A stretch of 64,000 nucleotides of DNA from Hypanus sabinus (taxonomy: Eukaryota). Below, one piece after another: positions 49,436-62,262 of this stretch (its first letter is position 1; each line of letters begins with the position of its first letter). A program made the translations under genes and the position numbers. The notes under the pieces are model-generated. The model saw only the letters and a list, made by a program, of their open reading frames with translations. It was not told the origin of the DNA and did no database searches. Location: the NCBI RefSeq assembly GCF_030144855.1, contig NC_082738.1, forward strand, positions 6,634,001 to 6,698,000, in the 5' to 3' direction.

Positions 49436-50010
49436 CAGTGGATTCTGTCTAATTGGAACACATTGGGACAAGTACATTTTGGCCTAATTAAGCAGTTTCC
49501 CCAATTAGTTAAAGTTCCGTGGAAATAGTTAAAAATGTATAAAAAAGACAAACTGAGTAACAAATTATGTAATTAAATGAAATATAGAACAAATTAGAAC
49601 ACAAACAATAGTACCACAGTACTATAAAACTGTGTATTAGTTCCTAGTAGTTATCAATGGAAGAATTCATCCAGTGTACACAATGAACAAAATCAGCACA
49701 GTGCAGATAATGGATGCCTTCATACAATGGCTCTGACGACTATATCCTCCAAATCTTCATTTTCATTGTAACATTCAAGATGATTGTCGATACCTTCAAA
49801 TTTTTCATAGTTCCTAACTTGTTGAAGTAGTGGGCACAAATGCACCCGACTGACATTAGTTAGAAACTGTTTGGCAACAGTCTCCTCTTCCAATTAAGCA
49901 GCATAGTGTCCCAAATATTCAAAGGAAATCCTGGCTATTTCCTCAATTAGTTTTTGTTCCTTAAAAGTTGTCCTAAATATGTGACTGGCCCAAATAACCA
50001 GAATCCAATG
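49436..50010 (-). mobile_element. Tigger/pogo-type non-autonomous DNA transposon, 575 bp
   Basis: TIRs CAGTGGATTCTGTCTAATTGG / rc CATTGGATTCTGGTTATTTGG; TA on both sides; minus-strand acidic remnant QVRNYEKFEGIDNHLECYNENEDLEDI. Confidence 0.8.
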
Positions 50011-50494
50011 TACTTCTGTTTGTTCTACAGTTTATCATTTCATTTCTATATCCTGCTTTCACTCTGATTTCACTATCCTTGGATTCCAACACAGTTATCA
50101 AGAAGATCAGTGTAAACTTAAGGAACAGCACCCTAACTTCAACTTGTCACATTACAGCCTTTCACACTCAGTATTGTCTTTCAGGGAGTCACATATAGAG
50201 CAACCCCAATAGAAAGTGGAGGTAGGATATATTAGAGATGGCAGAAGTGACAAAGAATGACCTGCTGGATATGAGAACTGATAAGATAAAGACATGTTGG
50301 TTTGTATCTGTGCTATGGATCCCATTTAGTTCCCTGGAAGAGAAATAAGGAAATAAGAATGAGGAATTAGGAGAACAAATAATCCACACGATGAAGTGGG
50401 ACATAAGCTCATCCATTATTCAACACTATTTCTGCTCTCATCAAAACCCGGTAATGTGCAATTGGGAAACTCCCCAAGGCCAGCTAGGGCTTTT

Positions 50495-50890
50495 CTCTTT
50501 GGACCAAAGGAGGATGAGGGGTGCTTTGATAGAGGTGTCCAAGATGCTGAGAGGATAAGAGGTATAGACAGAGTGGACAGATAGAGATGTTTTTCCAGGC
50601 AGAAATAGCTGATACAAGGAGGCATAATTTAAAAGCAATTGGAGGAAAGTATCGGGGGAATGTCAGAGGTATGTGTTTTACATAGAGGGTGATGGGTGTG
50701 TGGAGTGCTCTGCCAGGGGTGGTAATAGAGGTAGGTGTATAAGCAACATTTAGACAAGCACATAGATGATAGAAAAGTTGAGGGCTATGTGGGAGGGAAG
50801 GGCCAGATTGATCTTAGAGTAGGTTACAGGGTCAGCATGACATTTTCGGCTGAAGGCCCGTGCTGATCTGTAGTGTTCTATGTTCTGTGA
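50495..50890 (+). mobile_element. CR1 3' fragment; similar pieces at 54570-54940 (+), 58915-59085 (+), 60838-61075 (-)
   Basis: RRMRGxLIEVxKxxRGIDRVD motif and TGTTCTATGTTCT tail. Confidence 0.8.
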
Positions 50891-51406
50891 TTTAAGCTTC
50901 TGTCCTGATTTCTTCCAGAACCTCAGTGTAAAGAAAGGAAGCTCTTTGAGGAGGGAATTGGGGTGTGTTATATTTCTCCTTTCATCCTGCCAGATAATCT
51001 CCAGAGCAGGGCTGAAGTGTAGTCATTTCCACAGAATGCATGAGCTTTGATCTGGGACCCACACTCGAGCGCCAGGATAAGAGAAGGAGCATGGTGGAGC
51101 AGGACCCAGTCAGCAAGGAATTAATTATATATTGGAGGTGCGTGGTTTGATTACTAGAAATTCCAGGATTTTTGCACCCTTCTGAACTTTTCAAAGCTTA
51201 GTAGATTATAAAACTGTAATAAATATTGAACCAAACCTTTGCTATTAACAACAGCCAGAGGAAGAGTCCATAACCCCAAGGGTCTCTAAGACAGCCGTTT
51301 GCACTTTAATTTGATCAGAAACTGTAGGAAATCACTGGGAATGGACAAATAGGCGCTTTCTTACAGAGAATTGCATCTTTTTTCCAGTCTTTCACGTGGG
51401 AAAAGC

Positions 51407-51561
51407 TGCAGGTAGAGGCAGAGCCCACCTCATCCATCAGGCAGACTGGCAGAATAACGCACTGTTCATCAGTGACTCACAATGCAGGTAGAGGCAGAGC
51501 CCACCTCATCCATCAGGCAGACTGCCAGAATAACGCACTGTTCATCAGTGACTCACAATGC
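51407..51561. repeat. 76-bp tandem duplication
   Basis: 51407-51482 and 51483-51558 differ at one base; TGC microhomology at the junctions. Confidence 0.95.
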
Positions 51562-53235
51562 CCTCGAACATTCATGTGGGCAGCCACAAGACCCAGCTAC
51601 TCCAAGGCAGCAGAAGGGAGCTGGAGCCTGACTACCACTTCTGTCAACGTAGCAGAGCAATGACCTTAAAGCATTGTTAGACCAGGAACTCTTGGCAGCA
51701 GCTCATTAACGAATCACCCGGCCTGTGCTGACCATATGGAGTCAGTGCTCATTGTACAGGGCAAAATCAAAGGGGTCAGAGGTGGTCTGAGAGGGTGTAC
51801 TTTTGACTTTGGGTGGCATAACACTATGTTTTAGTGTATAACTTTTTTGGCGGGGGGGAGCTTTCTTCATACTGGCTCTACTTTCGGGGTTCAGTACTGT
51901 TTGGGGGTTCAGCTCAGAGTTCTCAGTTTGGGGAGTACGACCCTGATATTAGAGGGAAACTAAGTATTAGCTGCTTATCTACTTGGTTCAGCTTTGGAAG
52001 AACGGCTCACCTTTTGATGCCGTCTTGTGGCTCTTGTTTTAGCACACTTCCTCTGTGATGTGGTGCAGAAGATGTTTTGAGGGATGCTGTACTGTTTTTC
52101 TGGGAGGGGTGATACTGTTATGGTTTTGTAGGACAGAAGCTTTCAAGCCCCTGTTGTTGGTGGAGTGAAGGGAGTTTCTGTTCTTCAGATAGGATCACCC
52201 AGGATGTGCCCTCTTCTCATTGCTGCCATCAGGGAGGAGGTACAGGAGCCTGAAGACACAGACTCAATGTTTCAGGAACAGCTTCTTCCCCTCTGCCACC
52301 AGATTTAATTATTTTTTTATGGGGCGAAGGCTGAGAAATCAGGTTGAAGAGGAGAAATAAAGGACCAGCCATGATTGAATGGTGGAGCAGACTCGAGGAG
52401 CCAAATGGCCTAATTCTGCTCCTATGTCTTATGGTCTTATTGTCTACATATACTCCTTAGTGTAAATTATATTTTTGTTATTACGTGGTACATTGTACTG
52501 CTGCCACAAAACAACAAATTCCACAACATACGCCAGTGATATGAAACCTGATTCTGATTCTGAGAATATCATACACCTAAATCACTTCTGCCATAGTCTT
52601 CCACAGGTCAAGCACAACCCGAATCCTACCTCAGCAATGGAATGCTGCAGACTACCTCTTGTGCAACCATTGCCTTGTCTTGGTTTTCTTTGCTATAATG
52701 TCTTGTTTCTCAGGGTTTGTTTTTTCTTTACTGTCTGGTACAAATTATGTATATTTCCAACGTATTCTGTGTTTTGTCTGAACCCACAAGTCTGTGATGT
52801 TGCTGCAAACTAGTTTTTCATTACACCTGTATGCTGCCATACCTGTGCAAAGGACAAGAAATTTGAGTTGACTTGAGAAGAAACATCACCACTGTACACA
52901 AGATGAACACATGTAAAGACACTTTCTAGTGGTTTGTTGTTCATTCTTGATGCACTTTATGAAAGCGACTGTGGACATGATTAGTCATGTTGCCTCACCC
53001 TCACCAACATGTCGCAGTACAACCCAAAATCTGCCCCCAAGATCTGTCTGTTAGAAAACACTGGACACCTTCAGATGGATCCAATTGCAAATATTCAGTA
53101 ATTCTTTCCCCAAAGTGAATGCTTCAGCCTGTGGCAACTGTACTTACAAAAGAAACTATGAAGGGAAAAATGAAAGGCAATAAAGAAATAACTGTGTTGG
53201 AGTGTTTGATAACTGTGCAAATATATTGTTGCTTC

Positions 53236-53715
53236 ACACACACAAAATGCTGGAGGAACTCAGCAGGCAAGGCAGCATCTATGGAGTATTACCCCCCACC
53301 CCCACCCCGCTCTCCTTTACCATTCCCATTCCTGTTTCCCTCTCATACCTTATCTCCTTACTTGCTCACCATCTCCCTCTGGTGCTCCTCCGCCTTTCCT
53401 TTTGTCCATGGCCTTCTACCCTCTCCTATCAGATTTCCCCTTCTCCAGTCCTTTATCTTTTTCACTAATCAGCTTCCCAGCTCTTCACTTCACCCCTCTC
53501 CCCTCCCTGTTTCACACAACACCTACCACCCTGTACATCCCCCCTCCCCAACCTTCTTGCTCTGACTTCTCAACTTTTTTCCGGTCCTTATGAATGGTCT
53601 TGGCCCAAAACATCAATTATCTACTTTCTTCCATAGATGCTGCCTGGCCTGCTGAGCTCCTCCATCATTTTGTGCGCGTTGTTCTGGATTTCCAGCACCT
53701 GCAGATTTTCTCTTG
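53236..53715 (+). mobile_element. Penelope-like element remnant with inverted terminal copy
   Basis: 53236-53286 is the reverse complement of ~53630-53680; pyrimidine-rich body; decayed hammerhead motif at 53581-53620. Confidence 0.7.
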
Positions 53716-56654
53716 TTTGTGTATCATTGCATCATTGCACTAATAGGAAGGAGGATGATGTGGAAGTCACTGATGGGATACCTTAGCAAATTTGAAAGTA
53801 AAGTTTCCTGCACAGATACTTTGTGCACTTGTGATGCATCACTACATGTGAGTAGATTTTTAGACTGTGTTAATGTATTTGCTTTCCCTGGGCAGGTTCG
53901 ATAGAAGGGCCCGAAGCTCCAGGTTGGATTTTGTCCCAGGATGTGCTCCAGGTCACTAACCTTTGTGGTAAAGGACAGAGCTTCTCAGCCTGTAATGTTG
54001 ACTGTTTATTCCTTCTGTAGAAGCTGCCTGACGTGCTGAGTTCCTCTGCCAGTTTATGTGTGTTACTCTGGATTTCCAGCATTTGCAAAATCTCTTGGGT
54101 TTATTATTCAAGGTGCTTCTGATTGTACTCATAGAGTTTTGAAGTGTGGTTTAACTTATCATTGAATTTATGTTCAATAACATGCCAGAAACATGTAAGT
54201 CAGGGGATTTGTTCTTTAAGTGGTTGGTACAAGTAGCAACGTTGCCCAGGATAACTGAGAAATCTCCTTTGCCCCACCTTGACTTCTGCCATGGAACTTT
54301 TCACACCCATCAGATAGGGCACCTGGTGCTTTGCTCTGGATTCCATTACAGAGACAGCAATGAGAGAATCTGCTAATTCTCAGCAAAGCAATGGAACCGC
54401 TGCATCATCAACACCGTGAAGCTAGATGCTCAAACATCTGACCCATGGGGGGAAATGTAAGAGGCCATAATTGGAGGGTTATAAGACAGGACTAAAGAAT
54501 GAAACAAGCAGTAGCATGAAAACAGAGGTGAAGATTATAAATTGTGTGACTGCCCTTCCAACACCGAGGTGCACTTTGTTAATTCCGGGTGTCAGTCAGA
54601 GCATCGAGTTTAGGATTAGGGTCATTATATTACAGTTATGTAATTTGTTAGTGAGGCCTCATTTGCAATATTATGTACAATTTTGGTCATCATTTTATAG
54701 AAAAGACTTGGTCAAGTTGGAGAGGATGCAGAAGAGATCTATAAGAATATTGCCTGGGTTGCAGGCAGAGGATGGCCACACCGGATCTTTATTCTCTGAA
54801 GCACAAGAGAATGAAGGGTGGCCTCAAACAAGTTTATAAAATTATGAAGGGTATGGACAAGGTGGACAATTGTCTTTTCCCAGGGTTGAGGAATCCCAAA
54901 CTAGAAAGCTCAGCTACAAGAGGAGAGAGATTTAAAAGAGACTTGCCAACTACTGAAAGATAAATAAATAAATATAACTAAAATATTGATGATAGATTAA
55001 GGCTGACTCATCTGATGGTGAATGTCCTACACTGATATTACAACGTGTGCAAAGGATTTCCTGGTTTTCGCCATTGAGATTGCTTATACCCAAAGGTGTG
55101 AGGACAGGTGACGGATAAACACCATATCCATGGGTTTCCTCTGGATGCTCAGTTTCCTCCCACTTTCTAAAAATGTATGGGTTAATAGGTTAATTGGTGA
55201 CATGGGTGTAATTGGGCGGTGTGGGTTCCTTGGTCTTGAAGAACCAATTACCATGTTGTATGTCTAAATAAAATAAAGGCTTAGGTTCAAGGCAGCTAAG
55301 TAGCAGTCACCATAAGTGGAGAAGTCATTGAGATGTCAGGGGCAACTCTAGCATCTCACTGATAGAGGTTTTAGATCTTGCCCACCTCTTGCCTGCATTT
55401 GCAGAGATTATTGTTGAAGTTTTACCTTCAGGGTACAATCAACTAGTAATTTATGCTTCTCCCTTTAAGATCAATGCACAACAGTCCAATGACCATTTCA
55501 ACTGTGGACTCGCTAAGACAATTCTTAGGTGTCCTCAAAGCCCTAGGCATTGTTACATGCTTTCCTTCCCATTCTCTGCTTGCAGCTAGTCAGTATGTGA
55601 CAGAAAAATATGTTATCCGGGATTATCTTTGGGATGAGAGGGAGGGTTTCTGGACCAAGAGAGGATTTGCAGCTAGGACCCAACTGGGGCCTGGTGAGTG
55701 TACTTGTGGATGGCAGACCAAGCAGGCTTTGATTAGGTTTTGGGTCTTGAGGATGATGTTGGTGCTTGTTGAACTTTGGTTCTGATTGAACTGGGAAGTC
55801 TGGGGAATTGGATGTTGTAATGTATTTTAGGTGCTGATAAACTCTAGCCACACTAATATCTGCAAAGCAATAGGAACTTTAAATAAAGGTTTGCCTTTAC
55901 TTAAAATTTGAAGACCCTGTATGTTCTGTAGACTAAGAGACAGCTTCTTTCCACAAGCCATTAGACTTTTAAATTCACATGTCTGTACATTGCAACAGAG
56001 TCATAATGCAATTGGTTTTTACTCCTTCACGTTGTGGGATGGATGTAAGATTTAAATAAATTCTCATTTATATATTATGTATAAATACAACACACTGCTT
56101 TGCACCTTTTAAAACAAGTGTGAAAATTAACTATTTATAAAATCATTAAAAATTTAATCTGTTGATTAACTTCCTTGGTCCATTTGACATTCTCAGCTAT
56201 TTACTTGTCTCCGTTTGAACTGACATCACTTGAGAACAATGGGTGGATCTTCAACTGTAGATGATCCCATGTCAACATCATGAATAGGTTCTTCATCTCA
56301 CACCACTTCAGGATCGCACTGTGATCACATGGACATTCACAATGTGATTTCTGTCATTTACTTCATATCTCCTTGGGTTACAAATTTGTCCTGCCTCAAC
56401 AAGGTCCCTTAGATGAGTCTCATTTTTGCTCACAGGTCTGACAACTCTTCCACTTATTCAAAACTGTTTTATTTTTGTTTCATTTAATTGACTTTTGTTT
56501 CATTTTCTGCTCTATTTTTCTCCTTTCAGTTAGGTTGTACTAACACAACTAAGAACTCTACCAGGGTAAAACCAATAGCCGTGTGAGGTCACACAGCTTT
56601 AAACAGGAAGTTAGCCAATGGATGATTCACTATGAGGTCAAAGGGATCTTGGCA

Positions 56655-57122
56655 CTGTCACAGGAAAGCAGCATCCATCATCAAGGGACCCCCACCATCC
56701 AGGCCAAGCTCTCTTCTCACTGCTGCCATCAGGAAGAAGCCTCAAAACCCATACCACCAGGTTCAGGAGTAGTTATTACTCCCATCCCCACCATCAGGAA
56801 CTTGAACCAGAGGGGATAACTTCACTCAACTTCACTCACCCCATCACTGAACTATCTGTCCACAACATATGGACTCATTTTCAGGGACTCTGCAACTCAT
56901 TTTCTTGATATTTATCTTTTATTTATTATTATTGTTTTGGGTTTTTTCTCTTGTTTTGTACTTGCAGTTGTTGTCTTTTGCGCACTGGCGGTTTGTCTGT
57001 CCTGCTGGGTGCGGTCTTTCATTGATTCCATTGTGTTTCTTGTATTTATTGTGAATGCCCACAAGAAAATGAATCTCAGGGTTGTATTTGCTGACACTTC
57101 AATAATAAATTTATTTTGAACT
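56655..57122 (+). mobile_element. Rex1-like 3' fragment
   Basis: Matches the 7490-7940 copy, including the AATCTCAGGGTTGTAT...AATAAA tail. Confidence 0.8.
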
Positions 57123-57439
57123 ATCTTGGGACACTTCTTTTAGCACATACTTAAATTCCTTTTCTACACGCTGTTGAAAGCAAGATAATATGGAAGCATA
57201 TAAAAAGTATTTGATGTTATTCCATTGTTTAAAATTGGTAAATTAGTTTATTATTGTCACATGTAATGTGAAACAGTAAAAAAACTTTGTTTTGCATGCC
57301 ATCCATACAGATCTTTTCATCACATCAGTACATAGAGGCAGTACAAGGGAAAAGGACAGGCCAAAGTGTTGCAATGACAGAGAAAATGCAATGCAGGCAG
57401 GCAATAAGGTGAAAGGCCATGACAAAGTAGATTGTGAGC

Positions 57440-58090
57440 CCAGCAGCGTCTCTACTTTCTGCGAAGGCTGAGGAAAGTCCATTTCCCACCCCCCATCCTC
57501 ATCACATTCTACAGGGGTTGTATTGAGAGTATCCCGAGCAGCTGCATCACTGCCTGGTTCGGAAATTGCACCGTCTCGGATCGCAAGACCCTGCAGCGGA
57601 TAGTGAGGTCAGCTGAGAAGATCATCGGGGTCTCTCTTCCCGCCATCAGGGCCATTTACACTACACGCTGCATCCACAAAGCAAACAGCATTATGAAGGA
57701 CCCCATGCACCCCTCATACAATCTCTTCTCCCTCCTGCCGTCTGGGAAAAGGCTCCGAAGCATTCGGGCTCTCACGACCAGACTATGTAACAGTTTCTCC
57801 CCCCAAGCTATCAGACTCCTCAATACCCGAAGCCTGGACTGACACCTTGCCCTACTGTCCTGTTTATTATTTATTGTAATGCCTGCACTGTTTTGTGCAC
57901 TTTATGCAGTCCTGTGTAGGTCTGTAGTCTAGTGTAGCTTTCTCCGTGTTGTTATTTTTTTACGTAGTTCAGTCTAGTTTTTTGTACTGTGTCATGTAAC
58001 ACCATGGTCCTGAAAAACGTTGTCTCATTTTTACTATGTACTGTACCAGCAGTTATGGTCGAAATGACAATAAAAGTGACTTGACTTGAC
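57440..58090 (+). mobile_element. Young Rex1-like 3' fragment nested in an older minus-strand LINE end (57245-58380)
   Basis: CpG-rich; HPSYNLFSLLPSGKRLRSIRALTTRLCNSFSPQAIRLLN; tail AATAAAAGTGACTTGACTTGAC. Confidence 0.85.
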
Positions 58091-59169
58091 GTGATGTGTC
58101 CATTTTACCATAATTGGAGACCATTTAACTGTCTTATAACAGCGGGAAAGAAGATGGCATGGTGGCTTATCTTTTAGTCTTCTGCCGGATAGGTGGAGGA
58201 GAGAGAGAATGTCTGGGATGTGTGGAGTCTTTAATTATGTGGGCTGCGATACTGAAGCAGCAAGAAGTACAGACAGAGTCCATAGATGGAAGGCTGGTTT
58301 TGTGTGATGTGCTTAGCTGTGTCCATCTCTCTCTGCAGTCTCTTGTATTCTAGGCAGAGCACTTGCCATACCAAGCTATAAATCTGTCAAATAAATGTGC
58401 AGTTAACTGTGATCCATTCTCAGACACCAATTTGGCAAGATTTCATGCTTACTAAACATACACTTCTAATCTTCAGTGGGACATTGTGATGTTATACAAG
58501 TGCCTACAATCTATTCTGGTTACACACCAATGAGAACAAGTAATTACTGTCACTTTGTAAAGCCAAGATGGACTCACAGCAATGGCTGATTTGGCATAGT
58601 GATGTGTTAGGTAGAATTGCTCTGTGTTGCTAGCAATTTGTACACAAGAAAACACATCTTTTTCAAAATTTTCAATCTTTGGCCAGTTTACAAAGCTCCT
58701 AGTTATAGCTTTCATGTTAGCGATTCCAGCATAGTCTACGAGTATTTTGGCTATGATGTGCTCTCTGAGAGCACATGATATGGTGACTGGTGCTACCACA
58801 GTAAATGCCCTTGATTCTCCTGAAGGCCTTTGATCAAAACCGCCAACCCTGTTCCTCTTTCCACAGATTCTGTCTGACCTGTTGAGTGTTTTCCAGCATC
58901 ATCAGTTTTTATTTCATGAGAGGAGATTTGACAGAGGTATACAAAATTATGAGGGATATAGATAGCGTAAATGCAAGCAGCATTTTTCCATTGAAGTTGG
59001 GTGGGACTACAACTGGAGGTCACAGGCTAAGGCTGAAAGGTGAAAAGTTTAAGGGAAACATGAGAGGAAACCTCTTCACTCAGAGTTTGGTGAAAGCAGC
59101 TTATAGAATAGATTGATTAAACAGTCTGAGCAGCAATACATATACACTAGGTGGCCGCTTGTACACCAG

Positions 59170-60355
59170 CTCAGCATTCAATACCATCATCCCCTCAAAA
59201 CTAATCAATAAGCACCAAGACCTTGGCCTTAACACCCCCTTACGCAATTGGATCCTGTATCTCCTCACTTGTAGACCCTAATCAGTTCAGTTCGGCAAAA
59301 ATAACTCCTCTATGATCTCCATCAGCACAGGTGCACCACAGGGCCGTGTGCTTACCCACTGCTCTACTCGCTTTACACCTATGATGGTGTGGCTCAGTAC
59401 AGCTCCAGTGCCATATACATGCCATATACAAGTTTGCTGACGACACAATTGTTATGGGCTGAATCAAAGATGCTGATGAATCAGAGTATAGGAGAGAGAT
59501 TGAAAATCTGGCTGAGTGGTGCCACAGCAATGACCTCTCACTCAATGTCAGCAAGACCAAGGAACTAATTGTAGACTTTAGAAGAAGGAAACAGAGGTCC
59601 ATCCTCAATGGAGGATCAGCGGTGGAGAGGATTAGCAATTTAAATTCCTGGGTGTTACTATTTCAGAGGACTTGTCTTGGATCCAGCATGTAAAAGCAAT
59701 TGCGAAAAAAGCACAACAGCGCCTCTACTTCCTTAGGAGTCTGCAAAGATTTAGGATGAGATCAAAAACTTTGACAAACTTCTATAGATGTGTAGTGGAG
59801 AGTGTATTGACTGACAACATCATGGCCTGGTATTGAAACACTAATGCCTTTGAGCAGAAAATCCTACAAAAGTTAGTGGATTCAGCCTAGTACATCACAG
59901 GTAAAGTCCTCCCCACCATTTAGCACATCTACATGAAACACTGTCATAAGAAAACAGCATCTGTCATAAAAGATCTTCACCACCCAGGACATACTCCTTT
60001 CTCACTGCTGCCATCAGAGGAAGGAAAAAGAGCTCAGGGCTCACACCACCAGGTTCAAGAACAGTCAATGCTTCTCATCCATCAGGCTCTTGAACCAAAC
60101 TACACTCATCTATTTAGATGCTCCCACAACCTATTACTCATTTCAAGGACTCTTTATCTTGTTATCTCATGGTCTTGTTATTTATTGCTATCTGTTTGCA
60201 CGGTTTGTTGTCTTCTGCACTCCGACTGATCTTTCATTGATCCTGTTATAGTTACTATTCTATAGATATGCTGAGTATGCCCACAGGAAAAAGAATCTCA
60301 GGGTTGTATGTGGTGACATATGTAGTCTGATAGTAAAGTTTACTTTGAACTTTGA
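59170..60355 (+). mobile_element. Rex1-like LINE, 5'-truncated
   Basis: [28 protein letters not shown]; tail TTTACTTTGAACTTTGA. Confidence 0.88.
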
Positions 60356-60539
60356 CTTGCTGGCTTTATGATAACATGGTATAAAACTCAGAAGCAGAGT
60401 ACTTGAGCACATCAAACATGTAGCTTTATGCTCCTCCTGAGCTTCTTACTGTCTTTGGTCATCTAAATCCATCAGCACAACCTTCTCTTCTCCTTTGTGT
60501 AATTGTCCATTCTCCCTTATATAGCCATCTTATTTGCTT

Positions 60540-61450
60540 CAACCATTTCCTGTTCTTGGTTGTATAATTGTGAACCAGTAAGATTCATTACTCAATTAAT
60601 CAGATGTTTTCTATTGCAGATCAATCCAGTTCCTTGTTCATCTGAAGAAGTTGCTTCCCAGGTGCCAGCACCTTCAATAGATTAGTTTAGAATCTGGAGT
60701 AATACTCAATGATTCCCAGAAAGGACAGAAGCTCAGTAACACACTTCAGATTCATTATTGAATCAACTTTCTTTTTAACATTTTTTAACAGTTGTTGGCG
60801 CTGGAAGCACAGAGACACTTCCAGGCTGCTGCCAGCACACAGAAACAGAGAAAACCTACAGCACAATACAGGCCCTTCGGTCCACAAAGCTGTGCCGAAC
60901 ACGTACTTACTTTAGAAATTACCTAGGGATACCCACTGCCCTCTATTTTTCTAAGCTCCACGTACCTGTCCAGGATTCTCTTAAAAGACCCTATCGTATC
61001 CGCCTCCACCACCGTTGCCGGCAGCCCATTCCACGCACTCACCACTCTCAGCGTAAAAAACTTACCCCTGACATCTTGGACTGTTTTGGCCATTGAACTA
61101 TACAATGCATTTCACTGAATGTTTTGATGTACATGTGGCAAATAAAGCTAACTTTATCTTTAACAATCCAAAAGCATCTACCTTCAGACTGAGGTGCACA
61201 AAAACTCTGATTGTAGGAGGATGACTATTTCACTTTCATGTTATGGTGATGGACTTGCTTCAGTGTGCCATTGAAAATGTGTAGACTATCAACTGCACTA
61301 ATGTAGCAGTAAGAACATTATTATTACAACCTGCCAGTTGTGCAAACTGGTCCTGGGAAAGTTGGTAATAGCTAATGTCTGTGGTGAACTGCCTGATGTA
61401 AAATAGTCATCAGACAGTTTGTCAGTTCTATCTGCCTGGGAAGAACTGCT
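60540..61450 (-). mobile_element. Highly decayed Gypsy pol fragments interrupted by a CR1 end
   Basis: KKVDSI...VTELLSFLGIIEYYSRF (RT connection-like) and QDQFAQLAG (RT EDLFAQLAG-like). Confidence 0.5.
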
Positions 61451-62129
61451 TTTGGAATTGCCAAATTACTTCAGTATATATCTAATCAAAAACCAAATCA
61501 AAATCAAAGCAAGTTTAATTATCATTCAAACCATACATAGATACAGCTGAATGAGACAGCATTCCTCTGGTGCCAAGGTGCAAAACATTCAAAAATAGTC
61601 AGTAACATAATTCAAAATATTGAGCAAAGAAGGACATTCACTCAAAAAAAAAACATATAACTAGTCCAAGACCCTGAGTGACAATGTCCAGCAATCGATG
61701 GTACAGTCTCCCGGCCGAGTACAGATGGACACAATCCAGTCTGTCATTCCACCACTCGAACACGGGAGCAGCATTGATGGAGAGGCCAGGCCCCAGCCGA
61801 GCTCAACCATGCTGTAGCTCTTCAGTGCCTCTCACCTGGCCCGCAGTAGCAGGCAAGCCCAAGGCTTGAGGCCTAGTCCTTGCTACAACTGAGGCTACAC
61901 AGCTTCCGTGTTGACTGTCCATCCATCAGACAGGGGTAACAGGCCTACGGAAACTGACATCATCACTCTCCAACAGAGTCTTGAGATCACAAGTGAAATG
62001 TCCGAGATAACCTCCCATGGTTACACTGCATCAACTCCATTGTGGACAGCAGCACGGTCCACAGCCAGGTCAGCTCCTCCAATATCCCAACTGGCTCCTC
62101 TGATATCTCATTGGGCTCCTCCAACACCA

Positions 62130-62262
62130 AACAAGAGAAAATCTGCAGATGCTGGAAATCCAAGCGACACCCAAAAAATGGTGGAGGAACTCAAGAGGCC
62201 AGGCAGCAACTATGGAGAAAAGCACAGTCAACATTTTGGGCTGAGACCCTTCGGCAGGAAGA
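62130..62262 (-). mobile_element. Penelope-like terminal repeat
   Basis: Minus strand reads CTGCCGAAGGGTCTCAGCCCAAAATGTTGACTG, followed by the common terminal motif. Confidence 0.65.

Noticed and set aside
62073-62128. 21-bp degenerate tandem repeat giving APPISQL-type peptide repeats in ORF 61908-62288
   Set aside because: Fewer than three units; the ORF runs across repeat fragments and is unlikely to be a gene.
5540-62262. Recurrent GCTGGAGGAACTCAGCAGG motif as a CRISPR-like or regulatory array
   Set aside because: Copies are dispersed, on both strands, irregularly spaced, and the genome is vertebrate; explained as retroelement termini.
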